From assembly GCA_965222115.1 (NCBI GenBank), contig CBDCTJ010000003.1, forward strand, positions 503,948 through 567,947: a stretch of 64,000 nt of DNA, in the 5' to 3' direction. Below, one piece after another: positions 9,698 to 19,250 of this stretch. Position 1 is the first letter of the stretch; every line of letters begins with the position of its first letter. Below the pieces are notes generated by a model. The model was not told where the DNA came from. It worked only from the letters and a program-made list of their open reading frames with translations, and did no database searches. The DNA is from Planctomycetota bacterium (GTDB lineage Bacteria; Planctomycetota; PLA2; JAEUHO01). Both the position numbers and the translations under genes were made by a program.

Positions 9698-10300
9698 ATG
9701 GATACACTTGAGGCCATTCGCGCGCGGCGCGCGGTCAAACACTACGACGCTACCCATCAGATGACCGACGACGAGATCGATCAGTTGATGTCACTGGCCA
9801 TGCAGGCGCCCACCGCGTTCAACATTCAGCATTGGCGTTTCGTATTGGTACGTGATCCTGCTCTGCGCAAGGAGATTCGCGCGGTTGCTTGGGATCAGGC
9901 TCAAGTGACCGATGCATCACTGCTGGTTGTGCTGTGTGCAGACCTCAAGGCATGGGAACGGGAGCCCGGCCGCTACTGGAAGAACGCGCCCAAGGAAGTT
10001 GCAGACTTTCTCGTGCCCGCCATCGATCAGTATTATCGTGACAAGCCCCAGGTGGAGCGCGACGAGGCCATGCGCAGTTGTGGCATTGCGGCCCAAACCA
10101 TCATGCTTGCTGCCAAGGCCATGGGCTACGACTCATGCCCCATGGACGGATTCGATTTCGACGCCGTGAGTAAGCTCATCAACTTGCCCGATGATCACGT
10201 CATCACGATGTTTGTAGCCGTTGGAAAGGGCACTCAAGCGGCGTGGCCGAAACCCGGACAACTTCCCATGAGCGATGTGGTCATCACGGATCGCTTCTAG
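9698..10300 (+). CDS. nitroreductase family protein
   Basis: AIRARRAVKHY, APTAFNIQHWRF and GYDSCPMDGFD motifs; AAGGAG RBS. Confidence 0.93.
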   Translation: MDTLEAIRARRAVKHYDATHQMTDDEIDQLMSLAMQAPTAFNIQHWRFVLVRDPALRKEIRAVAWDQAQVTDASLLVVLCADLKAWEREPGRYWKNAPKEVADFLVPAIDQYYRDKPQVERDEAMRSCGIAAQTIMLAAKAMGYDSCPMDGFDFDAVSKLINLPDDHVITMFVAVGKGTQAAWPKPGQLPMSDVVITDRF

Positions 10301-10348
10301 CCGCCCGAAATCTTGAACCATCAACCGCTCGAGCAGCGACAGAGTGGT

Positions 10349-13054
10349 ATGAGCAAGCCGATACGTCTGGTGGATTCCCTCGATCTCGCAACCCTAAGGA
10401 GCCACGACGGCTTCCTTCGGGCACTTGCGCGGGGACTCTTGATTGGCGACGTCGATGCCGACGATGTCGTACAGGACACGTGGTTGTCGGCGCTCAAGAA
10501 CGAGGGGGCCGTCCGTCGACCACGAGCCTGGCTCGCGCGCGTCACACGCAGGCGCGCGATCGACCGCATACGGCGGGAACATACACGGGCGGGCTACGAG
10601 ACAAGCACGCCCGGCCCACAACCCGTTCTCTCTCCTGCCGTCATCGCGGAGAGGGAAGAACTCCGGGCAAGATTGGTCGCTCGCGTACTCGCACTCCCAC
10701 AACCGCTTCGCGAGGCCATTCTACTCCGGCACTATAACGGGCTCGCGCCTCGCAGCGCGGCCGAGGTCGCAGGAGTTCCGCTGGAGACGTTTCGTACGCG
10801 ACTCAAGCGCGGCTATGCACGGTTGCGCGAGCAGTTTCTACGAGACGAACCCGATCGCCGCTGGGTTTCCGGCCTCAGCGCGCTCGGCAACGTGTCGCTG
10901 GTGACGCCCGCGCTATCGCTCGGCATGTGTGCAGTTCTCTTCGGCCTCATCACGACACTTGGACTCGTAATCGGCTATCTACTCGTCCACCGAAACACAG
11001 TCACGACCCCGGACGAAGCGTCCATACGAGAGGCCTCGGCAGATCGAGGCGCGGTACCTGATCGGGGGCCGATGCTCACGCCCGCAGTGCTTCAACAACA
11101 ACGGGCGGTGAAGTCGAGCCCACCGCAGACCCGGAAGGGCTGTTGGCTTGTCGGACGAGTCAAGTCAGCGGTCGGATTTGGCAACACGCCGGTGACACTT
11201 CGCGTGCGCGACCCCAGGCAACCCGAACGACATGCGCTAACAAGCTTGAGTAACATTGATGGCAGCGTCTCAATCGACGTGACTTCGCTCTTTCCGCAGT
11301 CGGATCCAAGGCGCTCACTTCTACAGTTGCTCGTTGAACTTGACCACCCGTTACACATGCGAGCGTCTGTCAATGTCGAGGTATCTCGCCAGGCGCGACG
11401 CGTGGGTCGTTACCGGGAAGGACACGCGACACTAGCTCTTGAAGCCAAGCTCGAAGCAGCCTCACGGTGGGTTCGAGGCGTCGTAACGCCCCCACCCGGG
11501 ATTGCGCCAGCCGACTTGCGCGTTGCCTTGCTCAGGTGGGATGTCGACGGTGACCGTCCGTACCCATGCGCCTCGGATCACGCATCGCCAAACGATGACG
11601 GAAGCTACGAACTCCGTTCGACCACGGGAGGACGGCATGCGGTGGTCGCGTGGCCCGTGCCATCTACTACGTCCGCGTGCCTTCCAGGCCATATCTACGT
11701 GGACATCGGGCAACCAAACATCGAAGCGCCTCCGTTTGTTCTCGAAGCAGGCGACGTTGTCGATGGACGTGTTGTCACTCGCGGTGAACTCCAGGACGGC
11801 GCGCGCCTTCATCTCGAGGCGACGCCCCGCGGCACCGGAGGAATGGCATGCAGTGACCCCGTACCACTTAAGTGGCAGCACGACTTGTTTCACATGAAGT
11901 ATCGCGTCGTCCTTACGCGTCGCAACGGCTCCTTCGAGATTGCGGGCTTTCATCACGGCCCCATCAATCTCCGACTCAAGCAAGACGTCTCGTGGAATGA
12001 CGCGGTTTTACCTACCTATCGTGACGACGACGTTGAACTGCCCGAATGGTCGATCCACGTACCAAGCGCGAATCACGAACTCGAGGTGCCACTGGAACTC
12101 TGGTTGCTACAGGTCGACTTTGATGGGATGGGCTATAGGAGGCTCGGCGTCCACTGCGAGGGCTCGACTTTTGGCATGCACGATGTCGATGCGAAGGGGC
12201 GTACGGCGAACTTTGCGCAAGGCAACGGTAGCGTGCGCGAGCACGCCTTTCTTGCAGGAGAACTCGGGGTGGTAAAGGCAACCGTGCGGCCCGGTCAGTG
12301 GAGCCATGTTCGCTTTCGTCGTGCGGACGATCTCGGCTCGCTCAACATCGAGCTAGACGAAAACGCGGCCTCGAAGAGCGACCTGTTTCGTTTGTATCTT
12401 CGTGACGCGTCGCCAAACGGTCGCAACTGGCTTATGCGCATGCCGAGCTACGAGGCAGTTCGCCACGGGACTACGCTGAGCTACGCCAATGTGACGCCCG
12501 GAACATGGACCGGTGAACTCGTTCCGTGCTTCGGACGTGGAGCCGAGTGGAACTCATTCCTTTGCGCGACGTTCTTCGACGTAGACGTTCCCGGTGGAGA
12601 GACGGCGCGCGTTCAAGTCACGCTTCCGGAAGGGGGCTACGTCCGAATCGAAAATCTCCATGCCATTGCACATGCACTAGGCATTCGCGGCACGCGTTGG
12701 GCGCCCGGTAACCTACTTCGTTTGCGTATTCTGGACGACCAAGGCAAATCGCAGAAGGTGCGCTACGAAAGCACGGATCCAAAGCGCACGTTGGAGCCCT
12801 ACGGGTGGCCACGGCGCCTGGATCGACCGGTGACGAGACACAGGAATGGCCGGTTTTGGCCTGCCTTGCAACCGGGGACGTACCGGCTGGAGATTCGGCG
12901 CCCCAAACCGCAGTCAAAAACTCCCCGTGTATGGGCGACAGATGACATACGGCTGCGAAACGAGGAGCTGCAAGACACCAAACCACGGTATGTCCCATTC
13001 TCAGTAGCGAAAGGAACGTGGACGGTCATTACTAGAGATCATGTTGCGCGATAA
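10349..13054 (+). CDS. ECF sigma factor fused to a TM helix and large extracytoplasmic beta-rich extension
   Basis: Sigma region 2 (ADDVVQDTWL, AWLARVTRR) and region 4 (LPQPLREAILLR, ETFRTRLKRG), then a TM segment and GxY-x-L beta-sandwich repeats. Confidence 0.85.
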   Translation: MSKPIRLVDSLDLATLRSHDGFLRALARGLLIGDVDADDVVQDTWLSALKNEGAVRRPRAWLARVTRRRAIDRIRREHTRAGYETSTPGPQPVLSPAVIAEREELRARLVARVLALPQPLREAILLRHYNGLAPRSAAEVAGVPLETFRTRLKRGYARLREQFLRDEPDRRWVSGLSALGNVSLVTPALSLGMCAVLFGLITTLGLVIGYLLVHRNTVTTPDEASIREASADRGAVPDRGPMLTPAVLQQQRAVKSSPPQTRKGCWLVGRVKSAVGFGNTPVTLRVRDPRQPERHALTSLSNIDGSVSIDVTSLFPQSDPRRSLLQLLVELDHPLHMRASVNVEVSRQARRVGRYREGHATLALEAKLEAASRWVRGVVTPPPGIAPADLRVALLRWDVDGDRPYPCASDHASPNDDGSYELRSTTGGRHAVVAWPVPSTTSACLPGHIYVDIGQPNIEAPPFVLEAGDVVDGRVVTRGELQDGARLHLEATPRGTGGMACSDPVPLKWQHDLFHMKYRVVLTRRNGSFEIAGFHHGPINLRLKQDVSWNDAVLPTYRDDDVELPEWSIHVPSANHELEVPLELWLLQVDFDGMGYRRLGVHCEGSTFGMHDVDAKGRTANFAQGNGSVREHAFLAGELGVVKATVRPGQWSHVRFRRADDLGSLNIELDENAASKSDLFRLYLRDASPNGRNWLMRMPSYEAVRHGTTLSYANVTPGTWTGELVPCFGRGAEWNSFLCATFFDVDVPGGETARVQVTLPEGGYVRIENLHAIAHALGIRGTRWAPGNLLRLRILDDQGKSQKVRYESTDPKRTLEPYGWPRRLDRPVTRHRNGRFWPALQPGTYRLEIRRPKPQSKTPRVWATDDIRLRNEELQDTKPRYVPFSVAKGTWTVITRDHVAR

Positions 13055-13587
13055 CGCGTTGGCTTGAGAGCCGCAGCCGCACCTTCGCAAGATCGCCGCT
13101 TGCGACGAATCCAGAATGCAATCACGACAATCGCAATCGCGCCGATTCCATAGGACGCGAGGTGGGCCCACAGGTCGGCAAGGAACGGCACGTGACGATC
13201 CGCGGGTACGCGCTGGGCCATTGGCCCGATGAGTTTCACCCATCCCTGCTGGGCTGCGAAGTATCCAAGGAACCCGGCAATCCATGCTCCCGAGGCCATG
13301 ATCAAGAGACAACGCACGATGGGCCGAACAAGGTTGCGGGCGGTGAACTTCGGAGCGCTCCCCGCGCGAGCCGCAAGCGCGAGCAATACACCGCCAATCA
13401 AGCCGAACCACCATGTAGCCAACACGCCCCAAACGAGTGCCAGCGACACCGGACTCCTTGACTCAATCACCTTGGGATGGCCGATGGTGAAGTACTCCAC
13501 GCAGAAATGCGCGGTGACCATGTCGTGCATAATGCCGTAGACAATGGCCGCCATGACGACGAGCAGAATGATCTTGAATACTTCCAC
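13039..13587 (-). CDS. membrane protein of unknown function
   Basis: Several TM helices; YGIMHD.VT...EYFT.GH and WAHLASY motifs look conserved. Confidence 0.75.
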   Translation of the reverse strand: MEVFKIILLVVMAAIVYGIMHDMVTAHFCVEYFTIGHPKVIESRSPVSLALVWGVLATWWFGLIGGVLLALAARAGSAPKFTARNLVRPIVRCLLIMASGAWIAGFLGYFAAQQGWVKLIGPMAQRVPADRHVPFLADLWAHLASYGIGAIAIVVIAFWIRRKRRSCEGAAAALKPTRYRAT

Positions 13588-13646
13588 AGGTCTCCTTGCG
13601 CCGGGTCCTGCAACTTTGATTTGGGGTGCCTACCTACAGCGCACGT

Positions 13647-16600
13647 TCACTTTGACTTCTTGAGCGTCACATCAAACGATTCATCGATCGTGGCGTCGAG
13701 TGTTTTTTGGTACTCGCCATCCCGCGTGTGTGCAGTGATGGCGACTCTCCACGTGCCCGGAGGGAACCCGTCTTTTGAGAACTTGGTCACTGCGCCCACG
13801 CCGAAATCATAGGGACCCGTGGGCAAGTGAATACGAACCATCACGTGGCTCAACTGCACACCTGCTGGAAGTTTGATCGAGCCCTTTAGAGGGCCGCCGT
13901 TCTTGGGCTCAATGGTCACGGATTCGCCAGGAAGAACACCGCGACGTAAGAAGTAGCGACCGTCTACACTACCGTAGGCACCCACGGCATAGGTCGCGTC
14001 CGGCGCAAAACCGTACAGCCTGTAGACATCGCGGTCACGACCAATGGGTCTTTGAACTTTAAGATTGTGGCGCACCTGATAGCCGGTTGTATTGCCAATG
14101 TAGATCTGGCGCATTTCGCCAAAGGACATGTCAGAAATGCCGGAGAGCGTGATTGCCATTGGGGGATCGACGGAGGCGCGTATCTCTACATCTTCGTTGC
14201 CTGCATATAGCTCAACAGAATAGGCCTTTTTGCTGGAGCGATGGCTATGCGAAAGGAGTAACTGAACGGGCTCAAGCAATCCGTCTGGAACGACAGACAC
14301 GTTATAAGTCCCCTCTGGCACGCCCGTAATCCGAAACCTACCTCTCTCGTTGAGTTTGCCATCCGCCTGTTGGTCGCTCTGCGCGGAATGCGCTCTAACG
14401 ACGCCCGGACCTACGGGTCGCCCATCCGCATCAGCTACATGCCCGGCAATGAAGTAGCTCCGTTTCAGCGTGATCGTCTCATCCTTGGGACGCCACTCTT
14501 GAATCACACGATTGGCGTATCGAGCACGCAGGTCGTTCGGTGGCTCGACTTCAAGTCGGTAGGTACCAGATGGGTCAAGACTACCGAGCGTTATCTTTCC
14601 AAGGTTGTTGGTCTCAAGAACAAAGCCACCACCCCATTGATCGAATCGAATGACGAGTGCTTCGGTAGAACGAAACGTAGATGCTCTTGCGTTCTCAATT
14701 GGTCGCCCATCTTCATCAACCACGGTGAGTGTTGCCGAAACCGCAGGCACCATTTGAATCAATGCAGATCTTTGGCCCGTGGAGAGTTCGATCTCAGCCG
14801 CGGGTGGCATCCAGTCATCGGTTCCAGACAAGAAGAGTTGGTACTTACCGGGATTGAGTCCCAAGATAACGAACTTTCCATCTCGGCCGGTGACGACCCA
14901 GCCGCGTGAATCTCCAAATACAAGAAGAGACGAATCGGCGTCATCAATCCTACGCGCCGTTATTTGAATATCGGCGAGCCCCTGACCATCGCCAACGACT
15001 CTTCCAATGATCGATTCACCCTTCCTCGCACGAAGGATGAGCTCACCAGAGGGTGGAAAGCCTCCCGGCGGCGAAACATGTATCGGCGCAAGGTCGTCGG
15101 GTAACCCCTTCACATACACTGCGAACGTTCCATGCGCGGATACGTCACTGACATCAAGAACCACTTGACCGCCAGTGAGGTCTCCCGACACCTCCGCCTC
15201 ATCGCCATTTCTAGCCGTGTAATGGACCTGCACAGTGCCGTGCGTCACAGGCTTGTTATTCGGGTCCACGACGCGCACAAGAAGTCGTTCTCGCTTGTGC
15301 GACTTCTTCAGCACAAGGTTCACACCGCTGGAACCTGCATCCACGGTCTTCTTCGCCTCATAGCGCCACTCATCGCTCGTGGCCGTGGCCCTTAGCTCAA
15401 CGGATCCTGCTTTGAGTCGGCCAATACGAAATGAACTCTCATTGAACACATGCACCACTCGCCGTGTGCCCTCAGACTTTGCATTCGATTCCACGGCATA
15501 GACGCGTAGATTGCGAATCTCAACATCACTCGGCATCTCAATCGTTCCGTAAACTGAGTATCCAGGCTCGAGCTTAATCGCCACGGCATGCTGATCAGCC
15601 GACAACGTGTACGGTTCAGTTTTGGCGTACGCAACGTCGTCTACATGGACTTTGAGTTCGCCATGAGGCGCATCGGCAAACACAACAACGCCATCGGCAT
15701 CGGTTGTGCCCACCTGCCCGTTTCCAAAGACGAGCCTCTCGTCCCGGCCCTCTTCGGGTGTGGCTTTCAAGTAGACCTCCACATCCTTCAACGGCTCATT
15801 CGTACGCGATCGAGTCACGGTGACCGATACGGTGCGACCAAGGGGAAGTACCACATCCACACGCGACGTTTGACCAGAGGTCGTGCGAATCTCTTGCGAT
15901 AGGTGACGCGGGAACCCTGATGCCTCAACGCTGAGTCGCTGGGGCTCATCGGGGACGACATCGGTAAGCGTGAAGGTGCCGTCGGCTCCCGTCACTACGA
16001 AAGATTCGCCGACGGACGTGGGCTCTCCTACCGATGACACAGAGAGGGTGCCTGAATGGGAAGCATGGAAACGTACAAGCGCGCCTTCAATCGGCTCGCC
16101 CCTCTCATTGGTCACTCGTCCGGTGACCTTTGCGGCCCGCACAACCAACACGTCGGATTCAAGGACACCTTCGGATTCTAGTTGTTGTGTGTCTTGCATT
16201 GTGTCGAGGTCCCTATTCATGATCGAAAATAGGGTCCCAACGCCCGAGACATATCCATTTCCCTGCGCAACGATGAGGATCTTGCCGGGCGCTACGTGTT
16301 CGACGAGAAAGTGGCCGCCCTTGGTCGAAGTCGCCGACGCGGTACTCACACTCTCCGTAGCCTCACTCGGAAGCTGCAATACGATGACGTTAACGCCTTC
16401 TACACCATTGCCTGTAGCGTCAATCACTCGTCCACGAACGCTCCCAACAGGACTCATGCGAATGACATGCGTCGCTTCCAATAAGGTCGTGGACGGCTGA
16501 TTGAACGCCTTGGGTGCAAAGCCATCAGCACGCACATGAAAGTTGCCGGATCCGCCGTCATCAAACACGGGCAACTCAAATTTCCCCTCTTGATCTGCGA

Positions 16601-17564
16601 GTGCGAAGACGCCAACGCGCTCAAACGCGCTGCCCGTGACGCCAAACACGATTGCATCGGGAACAGGTGAACCATCCACCGTCGAAATCAACTGTCCGCG
16701 GTACAGGTCAGAGAGCCGTGGCACAGTGACGACGAGTTCCTTGTTCGGCGAAAACCGAACGCGATCCCTTGTGTAGGACGTATGTGTAAAGTTCATGAGC
16801 GAGAGAGACACGTGATTCGTACTCAAGTGAGTTACCGTGAAGCGCCCACGGCCGTCGGTGTGGACTTCGCGGTCTTGGCTCGCGAAGATGAAAGCTGCTC
16901 GATGAGCACTTCGCGACGTGCCCGTCTCACTCGCACGAACGACTACCCACCCGCGAAACGGAGTGCCGTCCTCATAGATCGCGCGACCGCGAAGCGTCAT
17001 TGTGCCGTGAGGTATCGCCAGCGCGACGTTCGCCACGGCGTCATCTGAATGCAGCCAGACGCGGCTACGCACGATGGGTTCGTCGGTATGTGATGTTCGA
17101 AGTTCATAGTGCCCGGCACACAGACCTTCGAACCGAAAGCGCCCGTCGCGATCACTGTGCGCGGTTTTCAATGGCGGACCCGGTAGCGGCGTTAGGTCAC
17201 CGCCGATTGCGATTTCAGCAGCGACTCTTTGCTGCATCGACAGGCTCGAATCCTCGGACGGGAGCCGACACGAGAATCGAAGCTCAACGGTTCCACTATG
17301 CAGATTGTCTCCGCGCGACAATGTGCCAACAATCGCACCCATGCCCGTTGCGAAACCACGCGCCACGGAGTCCTTACCGCGCGCGCCTTCAATACGTCCC
17401 ACAAGCGTCGGACTGGAACCATCGCGTCCGGAACGATCACTCATCTGCTCGATTGCGGTCGACGATTGCGCTGGTTGGGTACGATCACGTTCCCCGAGGA
17501 CCACAAAACCGATCCACCCAATCGCAATGAACGAAATCAGCCACATGAGGAGTCGATGGCGCAA
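13647..17564 (-). CDS. membrane-anchored protein with many carboxypeptidase-regulatory-like (transthyretin-like) repeats
   Basis: N-terminal TM followed by repeated G-R-V-x-D-x-x-G-x-P-[IV]-x-G-A...T-D-x-x-G-x-F units. Confidence 0.85.
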   Translation of the reverse strand: MRHRLLMWLISFIAIGWIGFVVLGERDRTQPAQSSTAIEQMSDRSGRDGSSPTLVGRIEGARGKDSVARGFATGMGAIVGTLSRGDNLHSGTVELRFSCRLPSEDSSLSMQQRVAAEIAIGGDLTPLPGPPLKTAHSDRDGRFRFEGLCAGHYELRTSHTDEPIVRSRVWLHSDDAVANVALAIPHGTMTLRGRAIYEDGTPFRGWVVVRASETGTSRSAHRAAFIFASQDREVHTDGRGRFTVTHLSTNHVSLSLMNFTHTSYTRDRVRFSPNKELVVTVPRLSDLYRGQLISTVDGSPVPDAIVFGVTGSAFERVGVFALADQEGKFELPVFDDGGSGNFHVRADGFAPKAFNQPSTTLLEATHVIRMSPVGSVRGRVIDATGNGVEGVNVIVLQLPSEATESVSTASATSTKGGHFLVEHVAPGKILIVAQGNGYVSGVGTLFSIMNRDLDTMQDTQQLESEGVLESDVLVVRAAKVTGRVTNERGEPIEGALVRFHASHSGTLSVSSVGEPTSVGESFVVTGADGTFTLTDVVPDEPQRLSVEASGFPRHLSQEIRTTSGQTSRVDVVLPLGRTVSVTVTRSRTNEPLKDVEVYLKATPEEGRDERLVFGNGQVGTTDADGVVVFADAPHGELKVHVDDVAYAKTEPYTLSADQHAVAIKLEPGYSVYGTIEMPSDVEIRNLRVYAVESNAKSEGTRRVVHVFNESSFRIGRLKAGSVELRATATSDEWRYEAKKTVDAGSSGVNLVLKKSHKRERLLVRVVDPNNKPVTHGTVQVHYTARNGDEAEVSGDLTGGQVVLDVSDVSAHGTFAVYVKGLPDDLAPIHVSPPGGFPPSGELILRARKGESIIGRVVGDGQGLADIQITARRIDDADSSLLVFGDSRGWVVTGRDGKFVILGLNPGKYQLFLSGTDDWMPPAAEIELSTGQRSALIQMVPAVSATLTVVDEDGRPIENARASTFRSTEALVIRFDQWGGGFVLETNNLGKITLGSLDPSGTYRLEVEPPNDLRARYANRVIQEWRPKDETITLKRSYFIAGHVADADGRPVGPGVVRAHSAQSDQQADGKLNERGRFRITGVPEGTYNVSVVPDGLLEPVQLLLSHSHRSSKKAYSVELYAGNEDVEIRASVDPPMAITLSGISDMSFGEMRQIYIGNTTGYQVRHNLKVQRPIGRDRDVYRLYGFAPDATYAVGAYGSVDGRYFLRRGVLPGESVTIEPKNGGPLKGSIKLPAGVQLSHVMVRIHLPTGPYDFGVGAVTKFSKDGFPPGTWRVAITAHTRDGEYQKTLDATIDESFDVTLKKSK

Positions 17565-17617
17565 AGATACGTCCTTCCACGTCGCGACAACAGAGTAGCC
17601 TGTTTCCAGGCGTCAAG

Positions 17618-17650
17618 CCCGCAAATCTGTGCCGGGTGCAAATTTGCGGG
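17618..17650. repeat. 33-bp imperfect odd palindrome centred on CCGGG, between divergent genes
   Basis: CCCGCAAATCTGTG-CC-G-GG-TGCAAATTTGCGGG; the outer 9-bp arms are perfect. Confidence 0.55.
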
Positions 17651-17670
17651 GTTCGCGTAGACTCCGGTTC

Positions 17671-18135
17671 ATGTGCTTCGTGCTCTACGCCGCATCGTCG
17701 GTCCCATTGCCTGCAATCGCGTGGAACGAACATGCGCCTGGGCTGAGTGTGAGACCCATCGAAGGCCCGGCGCAGTTTGATCGTTCCCTGCGTGAGAAGT
17801 TTCGTTTTTCCAACCTTGCGGAGATCGGTTCCAGCAGTAGCTGCGCGTGCAACTTTCGCCGAACGGGCGATGTAGGCCTCGAAGCGCTTGGCGAAGATGG
17901 GCGACTACCCACAACCAGCAATTTGACGGGTTCAGACCACGACGACGAGAACGAGAATGCGTGGCTCGCCAACTACTTGCGACCGCACCTTGAGGCAGGA
18001 ACCCAGGTCGAGTTGTACGGCTGTTGGTCGGGTGACGAAACGGAGCCAGCGGAAACCAAGATAGAGCGTGTGACATTGGATGAGATTGAGCATTGCTTTC
18101 TTGCGGAGCGCGTGCTGCTTCGATTGACGAACTAG
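17671..18135 (+). CDS. hypothetical protein
   Basis: MCFVLYAAS start, CACNF and VELYGCWSGD motifs; converges with the SRPBCC gene. Confidence 0.65.
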   Translation: MCFVLYAASSVPLPAIAWNEHAPGLSVRPIEGPAQFDRSLREKFRFSNLAEIGSSSSCACNFRRTGDVGLEALGEDGRLPTTSNLTGSDHDDENENAWLANYLRPHLEAGTQVELYGCWSGDETEPAETKIERVTLDEIEHCFLAERVLLRLTN

Positions 18136-18548
18136 AGTAGCGAGTTCACGCGCATCAAATCCTTGCGCATCGCGCGCCGCAAGAAGAAGCTTCCAATGGG
18201 ATCTACAAGCCGCCACAATCCATGGCAACGCACATCGGTTTCTAGCGTGACGCGCGTTCCCTTGTCGCCGTCGTCCGCGAACGTAAGTCGTACGATGCCC
18301 GAGAAGGCGCGTGACCGAATGCGCTCGGCCCATCGTGTGGGACGATCAAATTCTGAGATCTCCATGTCGAAGGCACCAATACCGCGCACCGATTCGCGCC
18401 ACGTGATGCCGACTCGCAGCGACCCCTGAGGCTCCATTTCGATCGACTGAAGACTCGATTGCCATTTAGGTCGATTGGCGGGGTCACCGAGGAAGTCGAA
18501 GACCTCTTCACGATGTGCCTGAATCTCAACGTCAAATCGAAAGCGCAT
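18132..18548 (-). CDS. SRPBCC/START-like family protein
   Basis: VEIQAHREEVFDFLGDPANRPKW N-terminus, GTRVT and C-terminal helix. Confidence 0.85.
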   Translation of the reverse strand: MRFRFDVEIQAHREEVFDFLGDPANRPKWQSSLQSIEMEPQGSLRVGITWRESVRGIGAFDMEISEFDRPTRWAERIRSRAFSGIVRLTFADDGDKGTRVTLETDVRCHGLWRLVDPIGSFFLRRAMRKDLMRVNSLL

Positions 18549-18667
18549 TCGAGGAGCGTAGCCGACCTCATGGGGAAGGGGATTTTGTGGTCAACCCCAG
18601 GACCCTTTCGCGCCTATCTCCTCAGCGCCCCAAATCAACGCCCGTCGGGTGTCAACGAGGAGTCACC

Positions 18668-19147
18668 ATGTTGAAGCCCAACCGACAGATACTGGCCTGG
18701 AGCGCAGCCGCGCTCGGATTCGCAAGCATTGTCGCGTGCTTCTTGCCCTGGCGCGTGGTGGAGGCCACAGGAGACCTCGCTCGCTACGCACGGACGGGGC
18801 CTCGAGGTGACGCAACGGAGCTTGCGTTAGGATTCGCAGTAATGGGCACGGCCCTATTCGCGGGCTTCCTGTGTTGCATAATCGCTCGGAGAAAGGAGCA
18901 CGCACTTCGCCTGCAACCCCGCACGGTAGCCATTGCTGCAACCGCCCTCTTTGCACTCGGCTTTGTACTCGCGGTGATGATCGCTCTCGACGACTGGTAC
19001 GGCTATCGCTCCTTCGACAGTGGAACAATGAACAAGACGCGCGGACTTGGCCTATGGCTCGCAATTGGACTACAAGGACTTGCATCTGCCGTGTCGTATT
19101 ACGTGGTCGAAAAGAGTGCGTCGACCGCACGCCGCCGCAGATCTTGA
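18668..19147 (+). CDS. membrane protein (about 4 TM)
   Basis: GAGGAG RBS before ATG 18668; FLPW and GLGLWLA motifs. Confidence 0.7.
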   Translation: MLKPNRQILAWSAAALGFASIVACFLPWRVVEATGDLARYARTGPRGDATELALGFAVMGTALFAGFLCCIIARRKEHALRLQPRTVAIAATALFALGFVLAVMIALDDWYGYRSFDSGTMNKTRGLGLWLAIGLQGLASAVSYYVVEKSASTARRRRS

Positions 19148-19250
19148 TCGAATAGTGCTCGCGTGACACGTGCAACTCACCGCAGACCTCGCGATTCCAC
19201 GTAGGATAGACACCGGGCCTTGGATACGGTTCACGCTAGGCTAAAAAACA

